Source: Coleofasciculus chthonoplastes F2-STO-03 (GTDB lineage Bacteria; Cyanobacteriota; Cyanobacteriia; Cyanobacteriales; Coleofasciculaceae). From it: a stretch of 19,661 nucleotides of DNA. The notes beneath the pieces were generated by a model, which was not told the origin of the DNA, did no database searches, and worked only from the letters and a program-made list of their open reading frames with translations. The stretch is taken from NCBI GenBank assembly GCA_040222015.1, contig JAVJWO010000202.1, positions 1 to 19,661 on the forward strand, read 5' to 3'. The position numbers and the translations under genes are program-made. This document shows positions 8,038 to 17,378 of this stretch, piece after piece; position 1 is the stretch's first letter; the number at the start of each line of letters is the position of its first letter.

Positions 8038-9240
8038 ATGCAGTTTGCTCAACGTTTACAACCTCTGCAAGCCAATGTGTTTGCCGATATGGATCAGGCG
8101 AAGGCAAAAGCTAAAGCCTTGGGTCAAGATATTATTGACCTGTCATTAGGCTCCTCTGATTTATCGGCATCGGATCATGTCGTTGCGGCTATTGAAACCT
8201 CGCTGCATGACCCTAGCACTCATGGTTACTTACTGTTTCATGGGACGCAAGCGTTCCGTCAGGCTGTAGCTAAGGCGTATACTCAACGATTTGGTATTCC
8301 GGTTGATCCAGAAACGGAGGTTTTGCCTCTAATTGGTTCTCAAGAGGGAACGGCACATTTACCCTTAGCAATTCTTAACCCGGGTGATTTTGCCTTGTTG
8401 CTTGATCCAGGGTATCCGTCTCATGTCGGTGGGGTTTATTTGGCAGGGGGTCAAATCTATCCGATGCCTCTGTTGGCAGAAAATCAGTTTTTGCCTGTTT
8501 TTGAAGAGATTCCTGCCTCTGTCCTTGCCCAAGCTAGGATGATGGTGTTGAATTATCCTCATAATCCCACAAGCGCGATCGCACCGTTATCGTTTTTCCA
8601 GAAAGCGGTGGCTTTTTGTCGTCAGCATGACGTGGTTCTGGTTCATGATTTCCCCTATGCTGATTTGGTATTTTCTCCAGATGGTACAGCACCTGCCAAT
8701 CTTAACGCCCTAGCGCCCTCAGTTTTACAAGCTGACCCTAATAAAGAAATCTCGATTGAATTGTTTACCTTTTCTAAGTCCTATAATATGGGCGGCTTTC
8801 GGATTGGGTATGCGATTGGAAATGCTCAACTGATTAAGGCACTGCGCCAAATCAAGGCGGTGGTGGATTTTAATCAGTACCGAGGAATTTTAAAGGGTGC
8901 GATCGCGGCACTACAAGGAAATCAAGATAGTGTGCAAGCGATGGTGGCTACGTTTCAGAAACGGCGGGATGCGTTTGTGCAGGCGTTAAACCGTATCGGT
9001 TGGCAGGTGCCGCTTCCCCAAGCGACGATGTATGTCTGGGCAAAATTACCCCAACCTTGGGAGCAGAATTCGATCCAATTTTGCACCCAGTTAGTTGAGG
9101 AAACTGGAGTGGCGGCATCACCAGGGGCAGGATTTGGCAAAGCTGGGGAAGGATATGTTCGCTTTGCTTTGGTGCATGAACCTGAGGTGTTAGAAACAGC
9201 CGTGCAGCGAATAGCGGGATTTATGCGATCGCATAATTGA
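8038..9240 (+). CDS. PLP-dependent class I/II aminotransferase (LL-diaminopimelate aminotransferase-like)
   Basis: LIGSQEG, DPGYP, LNYPHNPT, HDFPYAD, FSKSYNMGGFRIG (PLP lysine) and GEGYVRFALV. The substrate is not certain. Confidence 0.88.
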   Translation: MQFAQRLQPLQANVFADMDQAKAKAKALGQDIIDLSLGSSDLSASDHVVAAIETSLHDPSTHGYLLFHGTQAFRQAVAKAYTQRFGIPVDPETEVLPLIGSQEGTAHLPLAILNPGDFALLLDPGYPSHVGGVYLAGGQIYPMPLLAENQFLPVFEEIPASVLAQARMMVLNYPHNPTSAIAPLSFFQKAVAFCRQHDVVLVHDFPYADLVFSPDGTAPANLNALAPSVLQADPNKEISIELFTFSKSYNMGGFRIGYAIGNAQLIKALRQIKAVVDFNQYRGILKGAIAALQGNQDSVQAMVATFQKRRDAFVQALNRIGWQVPLPQATMYVWAKLPQPWEQNSIQFCTQLVEETGVAASPGAGFGKAGEGYVRFALVHEPEVLETAVQRIAGFMRSHN

Positions 9241-9259
9241 CGGTGAAGCTACTCTCTGC

Positions 9260-12200
9260 TTAACGATAAGTTCTTGAGCCTTGAGCTTGACAAATATCAT
9301 GAGATAGTGTATTAACCGGATGCAGACGTTCAAAAACGGGGTGATTTTCAAGGCGATCGCACGCCAGCCGCAGCCCAGTTTGCCAATCTCGCGGTTCTGG
9401 TAAAATCCGCACATCCCACAAGCGTACTGTTTTATCCCGGCTACCACTGGCAAGTCTCTCACCATCTGGACTAAACGCCAGCGATCGCACTGCACCTTGA
9501 TGTCCCCGTAACGGTTTACCCCGTAACTGACCCTGAGAATTCCATAAGCGAATTGTACCATCCCCACTACCACTAGCGATCGTTTCCCCATCCGGACTAA
9601 ACGCCACCGCAAAAACGACTCCCTGATGTCCCCGCCAAGGTTCACCGATTAACTCACCTTGACGATTCCATAAGCGTACCGTTCCATCTCGTCCCCCACT
9701 GACAATCCTCTCACCATTGGGACTAAACGCCAGGTCAAACACCACACCCTCATGTCCCCGAAACGGTTGACCCAAGGGTTGACCCTGACGATTCCATACG
9801 CGAATCGTACCATCCCCACTACCACTAGCAATGGTTTCTCCATCGGGACTAAACGCCACGGTAAAAACGACTCCCTGATGTCCCATGAACGGTTGACCGA
9901 TGGGATTACCTTGGCGATTCCACACCTGAACGGTTCCATCTTTCCCACCACTGACTAGAAATTGACCGTCTGGACTCCAAGCTATTGAGGTGATCCAATC
10001 TTGTCCAAAAAACGGCTGACCTAGGGGTTGACCTTGAACCGTCCACAAGCGAATTTTACCATCCTGGCTACTACTAGCAATCACCTGTCCCTGGGGACTA
10101 AAAGCTACCCCTGTCACCTCAACTTTATGTCCGGGTAAGGATTGACGAATTACATTATCCTGTCGCGTCCACAGATGAACTAAACCATCCTCCGTTCCAC
10201 TGACCAAGATTTGATTATCAGGATGAAAAGCGACAGCATTAACCGCTGATTCGTGGTCTAAGCGATCGCGTTCTCTAGCTACCTCAATTGCCTGCCAAAG
10301 ACTAGACACAATCCGCTGATCGACTTGCTGAAATTTAGCATAACTTTGACCCGTTGTTTCAATTGCCAGTAATAATCCCTTAATCGGTTCCACTGGGAGC
10401 AAATTTTGGACAGTAGCGGCATTTTTATACAATTGTTCCCGTTGAGCCATCTGTGCCGTTTTATACCATCGGCTCATCCCCATCCCACTGGTCAGACTCA
10501 ATAGCGCGATCGCGAAAATTAATCCCCCCCTAGCTAAACCCCGTCGCGTTCGTTTGGGCTGGAGACTCTGCTGAATTAGGTCTTGTCCTAACCTAGATAA
10601 ATTGAGATGATCTCGATAATACTCTGCCTCAGTTAGGGTCAAATCCGATAACATTCGGTTCGGTTTTCCTTGAGTTTGCCACTCAATCGCCGCCGCTTCA
10701 ATTTGGCGCTGTAGTCTCATCCCGTGGCGTTTTTTTTCGACCCATTGCTGAAGTTTTGACCAATGCTGAATTAGGGCTTCGTGAGCAATCGTGACCAGGG
10801 TTTGGTTCCATTTTCCGGCGTAAGTAACGATTAATCCAGCATCGATTAAGTTTTGCATCACTGATGTAACCGCTTTCGTGGAATGGCGATCGCCAATGAA
10901 ATCATTTACCGCATTTGTTGGTGAAGCAGTGTTGATTGTTGACCCTTCACAACCTTCGAGAGCATCGTTTTGATTGTGTAGGGGCGGGTTTAGGAACTTT
11001 CGTTTCGCTATTGATAGTAACGTTTGTGCAAAACCCGCCCTGACTGAGGGTTGAGTGTTGCCCCTTCGCGACCTTCGAGGGTATGGTTTTGAGTTAACGA
11101 CTGAACTGTGTCCCGCTGCGCTAACCTTTTCCTCTAGTTTCCCTGATTCTGTGTTCCCAGACATAGTATGAGACGTGCCATGGCACGTCTCAACAGATTT
11201 GAATTGGTTTCTAGAGTTTACTTTAAAACTCAGGATTAACTCAGACGGGTCTGCTTTTCGCGCCGTAACTTGACCGTTTTCATTTAATTGAATTAACGCC
11301 AAAAAAATGTCTTTGGCAATTTGTTGCTCATTAGCCGACAACGATTGATAAACGCGGTTGGCGTGTTTTTCGATTGCTCCTTGCAGCTTACCCCAACGAT
11401 AATATTCGGCTACCATTAACCGATCCACTGGACGCCGTTGCCACAGTTGAGTTAACATAAACTGGAGTAACGGTAAACTGGCAGCATCCTCTAAATCTAA
11501 GAGTAGTTGAGTTATTAAATCTGACTCAATCTCTACACCCACTTGCTGGGCGGGTTTAATAATAGCGGTTTTCAATCCTTCCCTGGTTATTGGCGTTACC
11601 GTCACCATCAGCGCCTGAATTTTTTGGACTAATTCGGGATAATTTGCACAATGACTTAAAAAATCTGTTCGCATCCCGATAACCAGACAAAGTTGATTAT
11701 CGGTACGTTCTAGTCCACCCAACAAACAATCAAAAAACTGTTGTCGTTCAGTTTCATCCTGACAACAAGTAAACACCTGTTCAAATTGATCCACCACCAG
11801 TACTAACCGCTGCTTTTCAGCCCTTGTCCGCACCACAATCCCTAATCCTACCGCCCCCATTTGAATCAGTTTCATGGTTTGTGCAAACTGATAGTCGCGT
11901 TCTGGGTTATGGGGATTGATAAAGGATCGGGCTAAATTCTGGAGAGGATGTTCACCGGGTTGAAAAATTAAAGTTAGCCATTCCTGAGTTCCTGATAAGC
12001 GTTGTCCCCGTTGAAGCTGATGCAAAAGTCCGGCGCGAATTAGCGAAGATTTGCCACTACCACAGGTTCCGATTACCGCCAGGAAAGTGTTTTTGCGTAT
12101 ATGTTCGAGGAGTTCATCTGTTAACGTCTCTCGCCCATAAAAATACTGGGGGTCTTCATTTTTGTAGTCAAAATAGGCTAACCCTTTATAAGGACAAAAC

Positions 12201-13015
12201 CGTTCAGGTGCGCTGGGGGGTAAAGCGGGGAAAGAGTCTGAATCAGTTTCACGGTTACGGATTAAAAAAATCGGATTTCCGGCGTTAGCAAAAATTAGGG
12301 GTGGGGACAATTGATGAATCAAATCGGTCAGGGTATAGTTCGTCACCCAGCCAGGGAGATGGTTTCTGGAATCGAGTCCTAATAATAGAATGGACGCCAA
12401 CTGACTATATTTATCCGATTCAGTCGGATTCAGTTGTTGTGTTTGCAGGTTATCCTTGTCTCCCCATTTTCCCCTCTCCCCATTCCTTTGTGACTGACAG
12501 GTGGCGATAAAACAACGACTGTATCCCTGACCCCGATATCCCGGATCAGCTTGGGTGAGGTCAAATCCTGCATCGTTACAATAGCAATCTAACCAAATAA
12601 TTTGCTCTCGAACTGGACTTTGTTGCAACAAATCACGCAGCCATGACAGAGATAATCCCCAGTTACCGCGATTTGGGTTAATATCGCTGGTGGCTAAGAA
12701 ACTGGTTGGTCTATCTTGGTGTTTGCAGAGTCCATAGCCAGAGAAATACAGCAGAACCGTATCGGGAATTGTGTTTCCTTCTGGTAACAAGAGTTGGACG
12801 AGTGCGGCTTCAAGTTGAGTCAGGGTAACTCGAATCGGGGTGGTTACATCGACAGGAGTGTTGAAAGTGAAAGCCGGAATCCGCCTAACTTCGACATTAC
12901 CGCGATCAATCAGGAGTTGCGCGATCGCATCAGCATCTTTTGCTGGTGATGTCAAGTTTTTCAGATGCTGAGTATCGTAAGTATTAATCCCAACGATCAA
13001 AGCCTGTCGATTCAT
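9260..13015 (-). CDS. Caspase-like (C14, dyad mutated) + nSTAND NTPase + TM + WD40 repeat protein
   Basis: N-terminal ALIVGINTY..L.SPAKDA; CPYKGLAYF, YFYGRE, Walker A GTCGSGKSS, LVVDQFEQ, SLPLLQFMLTQLW and IAHEALIQHW. A hydrophobic segment lies at ~10475-10528, followed by about seven GH...W WD40 repeats. Confidence 0.9.
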   Translation of the reverse strand: MNRQALIVGINTYDTQHLKNLTSPAKDADAIAQLLIDRGNVEVRRIPAFTFNTPVDVTTPIRVTLTQLEAALVQLLLPEGNTIPDTVLLYFSGYGLCKHQDRPTSFLATSDINPNRGNWGLSLSWLRDLLQQSPVREQIIWLDCYCNDAGFDLTQADPGYRGQGYSRCFIATCQSQRNGERGKWGDKDNLQTQQLNPTESDKYSQLASILLLGLDSRNHLPGWVTNYTLTDLIHQLSPPLIFANAGNPIFLIRNRETDSDSFPALPPSAPERFCPYKGLAYFDYKNEDPQYFYGRETLTDELLEHIRKNTFLAVIGTCGSGKSSLIRAGLLHQLQRGQRLSGTQEWLTLIFQPGEHPLQNLARSFINPHNPERDYQFAQTMKLIQMGAVGLGIVVRTRAEKQRLVLVVDQFEQVFTCCQDETERQQFFDCLLGGLERTDNQLCLVIGMRTDFLSHCANYPELVQKIQALMVTVTPITREGLKTAIIKPAQQVGVEIESDLITQLLLDLEDAASLPLLQFMLTQLWQRRPVDRLMVAEYYRWGKLQGAIEKHANRVYQSLSANEQQIAKDIFLALIQLNENGQVTARKADPSELILSFKVNSRNQFKSVETCHGTSHTMSGNTESGKLEEKVSAAGHSSVVNSKPYPRRSRRGNTQPSVRAGFAQTLLSIAKRKFLNPPLHNQNDALEGCEGSTINTASPTNAVNDFIGDRHSTKAVTSVMQNLIDAGLIVTYAGKWNQTLVTIAHEALIQHWSKLQQWVEKKRHGMRLQRQIEAAAIEWQTQGKPNRMLSDLTLTEAEYYRDHLNLSRLGQDLIQQSLQPKRTRRGLARGGLIFAIALLSLTSGMGMSRWYKTAQMAQREQLYKNAATVQNLLPVEPIKGLLLAIETTGQSYAKFQQVDQRIVSSLWQAIEVARERDRLDHESAVNAVAFHPDNQILVSGTEDGLVHLWTRQDNVIRQSLPGHKVEVTGVAFSPQGQVIASSSQDGKIRLWTVQGQPLGQPFFGQDWITSIAWSPDGQFLVSGGKDGTVQVWNRQGNPIGQPFMGHQGVVFTVAFSPDGETIASGSGDGTIRVWNRQGQPLGQPFRGHEGVVFDLAFSPNGERIVSGGRDGTVRLWNRQGELIGEPWRGHQGVVFAVAFSPDGETIASGSGDGTIRLWNSQGQLRGKPLRGHQGAVRSLAFSPDGERLASGSRDKTVRLWDVRILPEPRDWQTGLRLACDRLENHPVFERLHPVNTLSHDICQAQGSRTYR
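10978..11044. repeat. REPIN-like element inside the STAND/WD40 coding sequence
   Basis: GTAGGGGCGGGTTT-N39-AAACCCGCCCTGAC, read in frame as VRAGFAQTLLSIAKRKFLNPPL. Confidence 0.85.
11169..11192. repeat. Perfect 24-bp REP-like palindrome inside the CDS
   Basis: TGAGACGTGCCA|TGGCACGTCTCA, encoding ETCHGTSH. Same family as 6187 and 7344. Confidence 0.85.
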
Positions 13016-13304
13016 AAGAAGTCGTCAATCCCTGTCAGCAGCATCCCGTTTTCCGGGCGTATTTAACTGATTCAGAGATTTTGTTCCTAGTCAGGACAAT
13101 TAGGAGAATTACTTAGAAGATCAGAAGTTCTGTTGAATAGGAATAAAATTGACCCTATAGGTAGGCACATTTTCCCATTATGAAATAATCCTCTCAGAAA
13201 ACCACCACATTTGTCAATAGTTCAAAAAAAAATATTTTCCCAAAACCCGCTTTTAAGGAGTTAGTCTTATACCCAGAAACTTTAGATCGATATTATAAAG
13301 ACCT

Positions 13305-15212
13305 GTGTTACTATTTCAAGACTTTCATCCCCTAACCGCGATCGCAACCACTCCTACCGCCGCCCAAACCCTACAGCCTCTGTGCCAGACAGCCGGGGCA
13401 ACGTTGTGGCTGCCTGAGTCTCTTCATCCCTCTGAACAGAACAATATTTCCACAGTATCGTTCTATCAGGGTTCTCTTAAATCCCATATCGCCTCCCTCT
13501 GGCAAAATCATCGCGCTTTTATTTTTGGATTAGCAACGGGGGCGGTAGTGCGCCTTATTGCCCCACTTTTACAGGATAAATCCTCTGATCCAGCGGTTAT
13601 CGTTATCGATGAAACTGGGCAGTTTGTGATTAGTTTATGCAGTGGACATCAAGGGAAAGCCGATCAACTGACGCGGATGATTGCCTTGCAACTAGGGGCG
13701 ACTCCTATTTTAACTGGGGGTTCTACAGGATTAAATTTACCTGCTGTCGATATGGTAGGCATTCCCTTCGGTTGGCAACGGGGTGAGGGAGATTGGACGG
13801 GTGTCAGCGCCGCCGTAGCTAAAGGTGAACGGGTTGAGGTAATCCAAGAGGTGGGTTCTAGGTTGTGGCAAAATCACCTCCCCTCAGGACATCCCTTTGT
13901 TTTCGATGCTGACGAAGAGACAGTTGATGCTAATTCAGCTAATCCCTCATCAATTAATGCCCGGATTTGGATTAGTTTTACTCAGCGTCGCTTTTCTCCA
14001 GACTCTGATCTGCCCAAAGTGCAATGGCATCCACGGGTATTATGGGTGGGGATTGGTTGTGAACGGGGAACATCCAGAGAATTAATCGAAACGGCGATAA
14101 TTCAAACCTGTCAACGGTATCATCTAGCCCTAGGTGCGATCGCGGGAATTGCCACCATTGATATTAAAGCCTCGGAAACGGGATTAGTGGAATTTTGTCA
14201 AGCCCATGATTTTCCCCTGCGAACTTTTCCGGCTGAGATTTTGCGATCGGTAACGGTGCCTACGCCGTCAACGGTGGTGAATCAGGCAGTGGGGACTCCT
14301 AGTGTGGCAGAAGCCGCCGCCTTGGTATGTAGTCAGCGCTTTAGCGCTTCTGGCACTAAAGTGCCGACTACGAACCTACTGGTGCAAAAACAAATTGTTC
14401 GGGCAGATGATCAGCCGGGGGCGGTGACGGTGGCGATTGCTGTGGCAGAACAAGACTATACGGGTAGAATTGGACAACTGTTGTTGGTGGGTATGGGACC
14501 TGGACAGTTAGACCAAATAACGCCAGCCGCAAAAACGGCACTCTCTCAGGCTGATGCGGTAATCGGTTATTCTCTCTATATTGATTTAATTTCCCCGATT
14601 CTGCATCCCGGACAAATTATTGAATCTCTGCCAATTACCCAGGAACGCCAACGGGCGCAACGGGCGATTGAGTTAGCCCAGTGGGGATTAACGGTGGCGG
14701 TTGTGTCATCGGGGGATTGTGGCATTTATGGCATGGCGGGATTAGTGTTGGAGGAACTAAAAGCCCAAGATTGGGATGGGAAGACGCCAAGGGTGCAAGT
14801 CTTTCCCGGTATTACCGCCCTGCAAGCAGCGGCGTCTCGCGTGGGTGCGCCCCTGATGCATGATTTTTGTGCGATTAGTTTAAGTAACCTGTTGACGCCT
14901 TGGGATGTAATTGAAAAGCGCCTGAATGCTGCTGCCCAAGCCGATTTTGTGATTGCTTTATATAATCCGCGATCGCGCACCCGCATCGAACAACTGACAA
15001 TCGCCCATCGTATCTTACTTCAATACCGTTCTGCCCAAACCCCAGTCGCGATCGTGCGATCGGCTTATCGAGAGGATGAAGAAATCACCCTTTCCACACT
15101 TGACAAATTACTCGATATTCCCATTGACATGCTGACCACTGTACTCATTGGCAATCAAAGTACCCGTCTTCACGGAGATTGGATGATTACACCACGGGGA
15201 TACTACCCTTAA
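13305..15212 (+). CDS. cobJ: CbiG-CobJ fusion: cobalamin biosynthesis CbiG + precorrin-3B C17-methyltransferase
   Basis: CbiG motifs GAVVRLIAPLLQDKSSDPAV, SGHQGKAD, WVGIGCERG and GTPSVAEAAAL. CobJ/CbiH motifs LVGMGPG, VSSGDCGIYGMAG, GAPLMHDFCAISLS, LYNPRS, DMLTTVLIGN and TPRGY. Confidence 0.93.
   Translation: MLLFQDFHPLTAIATTPTAAQTLQPLCQTAGATLWLPESLHPSEQNNISTVSFYQGSLKSHIASLWQNHRAFIFGLATGAVVRLIAPLLQDKSSDPAVIVIDETGQFVISLCSGHQGKADQLTRMIALQLGATPILTGGSTGLNLPAVDMVGIPFGWQRGEGDWTGVSAAVAKGERVEVIQEVGSRLWQNHLPSGHPFVFDADEETVDANSANPSSINARIWISFTQRRFSPDSDLPKVQWHPRVLWVGIGCERGTSRELIETAIIQTCQRYHLALGAIAGIATIDIKASETGLVEFCQAHDFPLRTFPAEILRSVTVPTPSTVVNQAVGTPSVAEAAALVCSQRFSASGTKVPTTNLLVQKQIVRADDQPGAVTVAIAVAEQDYTGRIGQLLLVGMGPGQLDQITPAAKTALSQADAVIGYSLYIDLISPILHPGQIIESLPITQERQRAQRAIELAQWGLTVAVVSSGDCGIYGMAGLVLEELKAQDWDGKTPRVQVFPGITALQAAASRVGAPLMHDFCAISLSNLLTPWDVIEKRLNAAAQADFVIALYNPRSRTRIEQLTIAHRILLQYRSAQTPVAIVRSAYREDEEITLSTLDKLLDIPIDMLTTVLIGNQSTRLHGDWMITPRGYYP
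14329..14371. repeat. Two-hairpin GTAGT...ACTAC small dispersed repeat in frame within cbiG-cobJ
   Basis: GTAGTC-AGCGCT(TT)AGCGCT-TCT-GGCACT(AA)AGTGCC-GACTAC. Same architecture as 16508 and 17414. Confidence 0.8.
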
Positions 15213-15419
15213 CGGTTACTCTACTTAGGGTCTGCTGAATAAGTGGTATGGTGAGGGGAAGCTCTTGAAACTGGGGAAGATGGGGGAGCAAGGGTACATT
15301 TTTCCATAGCTTGGTGATGCCATACATATAGATGAGGGTAGGATAGGGACAGGCTAACTACTGAATGTTTTTATCTCCGGTTCTCTCACCGGATTTCGTA
15401 GCAAATTAAACAGCCTTTG

Positions 15420-16022
15420 TCAAGACACCCCCATCTGGAGCTTGATAAAATCAATCACGGTTGCTAATCCGTCCTGAGTCTTTAAATTCGTAAATACAAA
15501 TGGCTTATCACCTCGCATCTTTTTGGCGTCTCGTTCCATAACACCCAAATCAGCCCCAACCATTGGCGCTAAGTCTATTTTATTAATCACCAATAAATCC
15601 GATTTAGTGATTCCGGGTCCACCTTTGCGGGGAATCTTGTCACCGGCGGCGACATCTATCACGTAAAGGGTCAAATCGACGAGTTCTGGGCTAAAGGTGG
15701 CGGCTAGGTTATCCCCTCCACTTTCTAAGAAGACTAAATCTAAGGGGGTGAACTTCTGTTCTAACTCTTCAATTGCCGCTAAATTCAGGGATGCATCCTC
15801 CCGAATTGCCGTATGTGGGCAACCTCCCGTTTCCACACCCCGGATGCGATCGCGTTCTAATGCTTGAGAGTTTACCAGAAACTGGGCATCTTCCTGGGTG
15901 TAAATGTCATTGGTGACAACAGCAATTTGATAGGATGCCCGCATCGCCTTACACAAAGCATCCAATAAAGCGGTTTTTCCGGAACCCACTGGTCCTGCAA
16001 TACCAACGCGAAATGTATTCAT
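15420..16022 (-). CDS. ureG: Urease accessory GTPase UreG
   Basis: [53 protein letters not shown] and NKIDL. ATG at 16022; the TTG at 16025 is an alternative start. Confidence 0.97.
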   Translation of the reverse strand: MNTFRVGIAGPVGSGKTALLDALCKAMRASYQIAVVTNDIYTQEDAQFLVNSQALERDRIRGVETGGCPHTAIREDASLNLAAIEELEQKFTPLDLVFLESGGDNLAATFSPELVDLTLYVIDVAAGDKIPRKGGPGITKSDLLVINKIDLAPMVGADLGVMERDAKKMRGDKPFVFTNLKTQDGLATVIDFIKLQMGVS

Positions 16023-16099
16023 CAACCGTGTTTGAGATGTGATTTATTAACTATAAATTTACTATTATTTTTACGGCTTTTCTGGTCTTCGAGTTATGT

Positions 16100-16435
16100 T
16101 CACTCAGATGGCATCACATCATGAAAGAGGCGATAGTCGATAATCCGTCGCCCATCTTTTGTTCATTGACGTTGGCGAAGGTATCCGGCGATAGTTACGT
16201 CACCAGACAAGTATACATCCTGAATCATCTTGAAATAGTTGGATATTTAGGACTTGCTGCACTGCACAAAGGAGACACCCATATCAATCAATGCTTTGAT
16301 CCATATTGACGTCCATAAGTAGAAGCGATCGAGAAAAACCATCAGGAAATAGGGGGCTTTGTAAAACGTTCCGTGTGCGAGAATATTGCGGCGGAATTGT
16401 GCTGCCCAGTCTGGTGATGTTAAGTTACCTTTCAT
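16100..16435 (-). pseudogene. Probable gene remnant(s) of a hypothetical protein
   Basis: Protein-like SPDWAAQFRRNILAHG...PYFLMVFLDRFYLW. The same frame continues through stops at 16247-16249 and 16163-16165 to TGA at 16100-16102. Confidence 0.4.
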
Positions 16436-16504
16436 TTTGTTTTTGCTGCAAACGTTACCATAGTAGTCCTAGTTTAGATGATCTAGATAGTTCTTTACCA
16501 GTCG

Positions 16505-16590
16505 TTTGTAGTGAGGGCTTCAGCCCTCTCCAGCTAGGCGTTAGAGAACTAAAGTTCTCACTACAAACAAATTAGGTGTGCCACGCCAGT
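16505..16590 (+). repeat. Two-hairpin GTAG repeat with CACGCCAGTA end (left member of an inverted pair)
   Basis: GTAGTG-AGGGCT(TC)AGCCCT-CTCCAGCTAGGCGTTAG-AGAACT(AA)AGTTCT-CACTAC (16508-16564), then AAACAAA...CACGCCAGTA. Confidence 0.8.
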
Positions 16591-16669
16591 AGGGATGCAA
16601 CACATCACAATCATTGTAACCCCATGCTACCGTAGGAGAGCGATGAACGGTTCCCCAATGCAAGAGATT

Positions 16670-16894
16670 ACTAGTGCATCGGCAATTTCAGAGTTTCATA
16701 CAGCACCAACTCAGTTTATTAACTATCGGGCGGCATTGCGTCGTGAAGAACCTGATCGCATTCTCTATCTAGCCGTGCCAGATCTAACCTATAACAGTTT
16801 ATTTCAACTTGATTTTTCCGCATCAATGCTGCAAGAAAATACTATAAAAATGATAGTTTACAATATTGAAGTGGAGGAAATTTTACAATGGTAG
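16670..16894 (+). pseudogene. xisH: XisH-family gene, 5'-truncated
   Basis: SAISEFHTAPTQFINYRAALRREEPDRILYLAVP...IVYNIEVEEILQW is the C-terminal half of XisH. The N-terminal half is missing, and the upstream ORF sequence (16595-16670) is unrelated. Confidence 0.85.
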
Positions 16895-17235
16895 AACTAA
16901 CGGATAAAGTAATCAAGTATCAGCAAATTATGTAGCAATTGTTGATAGATTATGCAGAAGTTAAGCCGACTTATGGTGAGTTCGAGGTAGAGACAATCTT
17001 TGATACGCAGCGAAATCACTATCAAATTGTGCATCTAGGTTGGCACCATAGGCGCTGGGTGTATCATTGTTTAATGCATCTGGATATTCAGAATGAGAAA
17101 ATCTGGATTTTTTACAATTCAACGGAGCATGATATTGCGGCAGAATTAGTCGATTTGGGTGTGCCAAAACAAGATATTGTGCTAGGGTTTTATCCTCCTT
17201 TCATGCGTGAAATGACTGATTATGCCGTGGGCTAA
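16888..17235 (+). pseudogene. xisI: XisI-family gene with premature stop
   Basis: ATG at 16888 overlaps the xisH end: MVELTDKVIKYQQIM*QLLIDYA..., TAG at 16933-16935. The remainder has IFDTQRNHYQIVHLGW, HLDIQNEKIWI, TEHDIAAELVDLGVPKQDIVLGF and DYAVG. Confidence 0.85.
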
Positions 17236-17275
17236 AAGCAGCAGGATTAAAGAGGCTGGCTGATGGACAAGCGTA

Positions 17276-17376
17276 GGCGTGACTCACCTTAATTGGTGGA
17301 TTAGAATTGTAGGGGCGCAAGGCTTGCGCCCAGTTTAAACGTTAAATCTATTCCACAATTTTAGCTTGGTCAGTCC
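17276..17376. mobile_element. Degenerate MITE-like element carrying a GTAGGGGCG REP
   Basis: 17276-17308 matches the reverse complement of 17344-17376 at 23/33 positions. The centre is GTAGGGGCGCAAGGCTTGCGCCC (17309-17331). Confidence 0.55.
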
Positions 17377-17378
17377 AG

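Larger units (their letters stand above)
2155..15853. other. HIP1 octamers (GCGATCGC), cyanobacterial signature
   Basis: Sites at 2155, 4702, 5253, 5560, 5962, 8575, 8899, 9225, 9353, 9481, 10262, 10506, 10886, 12921, 13338, 14136, 14969 and 15846 (counted by eye). Confidence 0.9.

Noticed and set aside
9190..9958. Alternative-frame ORFs with repeated WRLV motifs
   Set aside because: They are out-of-frame readings of the WD40 repeats.
10874..11230. Intein or intron in the STAND gene
   Set aside because: No intein block motifs or HN-C/S/T end, and no group I/II intron hallmarks. Repeat accretion explains the segment better.
15226..15244. TAGGGTCTGCTGAATAAGT, resembling an IS/MITE terminal repeat
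   Set aside because: No partner inverted end or transposase is visible. At most it is a solo remnant and cannot be supported without a genome search.
15376..15393. Hairpin TCCGGT-N6-ACCGGA as a terminator between cobJ and ureG
   Set aside because: The stem is short and there is no convincing U-tract on either strand.
16595..17235. Intact xisH (99 aa) and xisI (98 aa) genes, or an fdxN-type excision element
   Set aside because: xisH lacks its N-terminal half, xisI has an in-frame TAG before the called TTG start, and no XisF-like recombinase or interrupted host gene is present.
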